9,966 bases of DNA. Origin: Vitrella brassicaformis CCMP3155. Its lineage: Eukaryota; Protista; Chromerida. The stretch lies in contig CDMY01000932.1 of the NCBI GenBank assembly GCA_001179505.1, forward strand, positions 1-9,966, given 5' to 3'. The notes beneath the pieces are model-generated. The model saw only the letters and a list, made by a program, of their open reading frames with translations, did no database searches and had not been told where the DNA came from. A program made the translations under genes and the position numbers. Below, piece after piece: positions 7,932 through 9,966 of the stretch (positions within the stretch are counted from its first letter, which is position 1; every line of letters begins with the position of its first letter).

Positions 7932-9505
7932 TCAGAAGCCAATGTGGAAATTGAAGCCGCCCCCGCCCCCACGGCCCCCCTGCCAGCCGAATCCCGCCCC
8001 GGGACGGTTGAAGCCGGGCTGATTGAAGCCGAAACCAGGCTGGTTGAAGCCACCACCGAATCCGTGTCTGCACATACAAGCGCACGGGTACACAGACCTG
8101 TTCAATGTTCTTGCCTAGGTGCGCTACTGACGTACGGCTGTGGATAGTTCTGATCAGGTGCCGGCACGGCAACAAAGTGAGATGTAATACATTCCAGTAT
8201 GTATTGTGTACAAACGCGCATTTTCTTTATTTCCATACCGGGTGGCCGGGGAACAAGTACGTCGTTGTGTGATGGAAGTTGTCTTCGATGGTGGCCTCGA
8301 AAACACCGCTCTGGCCCTTATCGGAGAAGCCCTTCTCAACTCTCTGCATAGAATAGAGAAAGTGGGCAGCCGAGCACACGGCGAGCAAGTGACACGACCA
8401 TGTGGCTAGCTTCCTGTTTGTCCGTTGTTTACTCACAGTATTGGCAGCGAGGCAGTAAGACCCCTGTTGGCTGAGCAGTGGCATTATCTGTGTAACGCAC
8501 TTGGATCTGAGGAAGGCACTCTCACATTCGCCTTCGCCGATAAAGACGTCATCAAAACTGCCGGAAAACGGCTCGCTCTTCCGCTCGATTTTCTCGACCA
8601 CACATACGTCGTCTGGGCACATCCAGGATGAACACACAGCAGGTGTGTGCACGATTGAGTAATTGCATGGTTCATACTTTGATTTTTGCATTTGCCGAAG
8701 ATCGCCTTGCTGTATCTCGCCCCCTGCTGGAAGCTGGTGTCATGTGACGTCGCCCCACTGAACACCACCTCGCAGTCCCCAAAACCTTCAACCACACACA
8801 CACACACACGGACACACACACACACACACACAAACAGAGAGAGAGAGAGTGTTGGGGGGGCCCCGACAGACACCTCCACCTGCTTTGTTTCCGGTCTTGA
8901 TAGTCTTGGCGATGCGGCCAATACGCTGATCGGCCCACTCGAGCTGTCGGTCTAAGTTGAGTATGGCGGTCTTGGTTGTGGCTATCTCTTCCTTGAGCTG
9001 GACCATCGCAGCGGATGCAACTGCACCACACACAGGCACATACACGGCCATTCCCTGAACCGCCAAGCGTCCCTGCATACCTTTGCTGGCGGTGTTTTCA
9101 TTAGCGGCGCGGATCTCCTGACTACGGCCCACAAACGACGCACCTGCACACAGCGGACGGACAGGTCGAACGAACGGCCGCACACGTCCATAGATCTCAC
9201 AGATAGAGAGGTCCGCCCACCGTATGTGTCGGTATTGCAGTCCTTCCCCTCGCAGTCGGAACCATGGCTTCCCTCGCCCACCAACGCCTCTGCAGCCATA
9301 GATCAGCCATCCAAATGGACAAAAGACCACCGAAAACAAAAAGAATGGGCAGACCTGCCATGGTGCATGGTCCCTTCGGTGCGCGTGTGTCCCCCCTCTG
9401 CTTACGTCGGCCATAGTTGCGCTGGGCCGCCAGCAGCGGCTGCACAGCGGCAGCGAGCCCGACCACCAGGATGATGCCGAGGCCGAAACGACGCATCACC
9501 ATCAT
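7932..9505 (-). CDS. Hypothetical secreted (signal-peptide) protein, ~303 aa: coiled coil, Cys-containing domain and Gly/Phe-rich low-complexity C-terminal tail
   Basis: Exons (minus): 9505-9406, 9289-9221, 9143-9081, 9020-8880, 8785-8678, 8612-8437, 8343-8239, 8149-8136, 8067-7932. Total 912 nt, all GT-AG, in frame. Protein: MMVMRRFGLGIILVVGLAAAVQPLLAAQRNYGRQALVGEGSHGSDCEGKDCNTDTYGASFVGRSQEIRAANENTASKVASAAMVQLKEEIATTKTAILNLDRQLEWADQRIGRIAKTIKTGNKAGFGDCEVVFSGATSHDTSFQQGARYSKAIFGKCKNQNDVCVVEKIERKSEPFSGSFDDVFIGEGECESAFLRSKCVTQIMPLLSQQGSYCLAANTRVEKGFSDKGQSGVFEATIEDNFHHTTTYLFPGHPNYPQPHGFGGGFNQPGFGFNQPGFNRPGAGFGWQGGRGGGGGFNFHIGF*. No family recognised. The 5' end may extend further upstream. Confidence 0.75.
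8794..8849 (-). repeat. (CT)n plus interrupted (GT)n microsatellite in the 3' half of intron 4 of the secreted-protein gene
   Basis: Plus strand reads acacacacacac...ggacacacacacacacacacaaacagagagagagag. Confidence 0.9.
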
Positions 9506-9966
9506 CGCCAACGGCTCAGCAAACGTCGCAGACGATGGGTCCACTCGGCGGCTGGCAGAATTCGTTGGGGATTGGAAATGGGTGTTCTTCTTCAGGGACC
9601 GTAAAACAAGCCCCCCGGGGTCCTTCCTGGCCGTGAACGCCCGCGAAGGTGTAGGAGTGTGATGTGGTTCGTCCCGCACCGACAAGATCTCCGCCACACC
9701 GCAGGCCGCTGACACGTACAGGTGCACGTGGGTTGTGCACACACACATATCCATGACACACACACACACAGGGCTGGGAGGCCGGGAAATGACTGCTGGT
9801 GGGATGGGCTGTCTGTGTACGGCGGTTGGGGGGATGGCCTTGCGTGTGTGAGAAGTGGGTATGCCGCAGGGAGGGTATCGACGGCCCCCTGGGTGGTTTT
9901 GGGGGGTGACGTGCGAACCTATGGCTTGGTAGCCATCATGACCGGGCTGGCGAGGGCTGCACACAC

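Noticed and set aside
7652-8056. 134-aa minus-strand ORF (VASTSLVSAS...) as the last exon of the secreted-protein gene
   Set aside because: It needs a phase-1 junction with no suitable upstream donor. The phase-2 Gly/Phe frame splices cleanly.
7800-8631. Plus-strand ORFs 7800-8147, 8206-8409 and 8425-8631 that look protein-like (e.g. VEAGLIEAETRLVEA)
   Set aside because: They are reverse complements of exons 6-9 of the minus-strand gene, whose splice sites and frame are fully consistent. The EA repeats mirror the GGCTTC (GF) codons.
9197-9964. 255-aa single ORF as one unspliced protein
   Set aside because: It runs through (GT)n repeat and intron sequence (VCVCV) and across a consensus donor (C|GTAAGC at 9405). 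Only part of it is exonic.
1-9966. CRISPR array, transposon, tRNA or rRNA
   Set aside because: The repeats are 2-4-nt microsatellites with no spacer structure. I saw no transposase or RT motifs, terminal inverted repeats, cloverleaf or rRNA signatures.

Overview
Intron-rich, GC-rich eukaryotic genomic DNA. Its short introns are filled with (CAGA)n, (GT)n, (GGGA)n and (GGAT)n microsatellites, a style that suggests the chromerid alga Vitrella brassicaformis or a relative (inference, not verified). Splicing GT-AG introns by hand gives three complete, frame-consistent genes and one partial. (1) An 11-exon SLC4/HCO3- transporter-family gene on the minus strand (1182-4885, 874 aa from the first ATG). 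It has a signal-peptide plus transit-peptide-like leader and a ~180-aa Pro/Ser/Thr-rich TM10-TM11 loop. (2) A 12-exon PEX7 (PTS2 receptor, WD40) on the plus strand (4951-7214, 357 aa), head-to-head with the SLC4 gene and only 65-122 bp ATG-to-ATG. (3) A 9-exon minus-strand gene of unknown function (7932-9505, 303 aa): signal peptide, coiled coil, Cys-containing domain, a predicted 14-nt microexon and a Gly/Phe/Asn/Gln/Pro low-complexity tail. (4) A tentative 5'-truncated plus-strand gene (67-1142). Most ORFs in the supplied track are antisense shadows or microsatellite read-throughs. I see no mobile element, CRISPR array or RNA gene, and no clear novel multi-gene system. The best leads are the possibly plastid-targeted SLC4, the extremely tight divergent SLC4/PEX7 pair, the orphan secreted protein and the polarised intron microsatellites.
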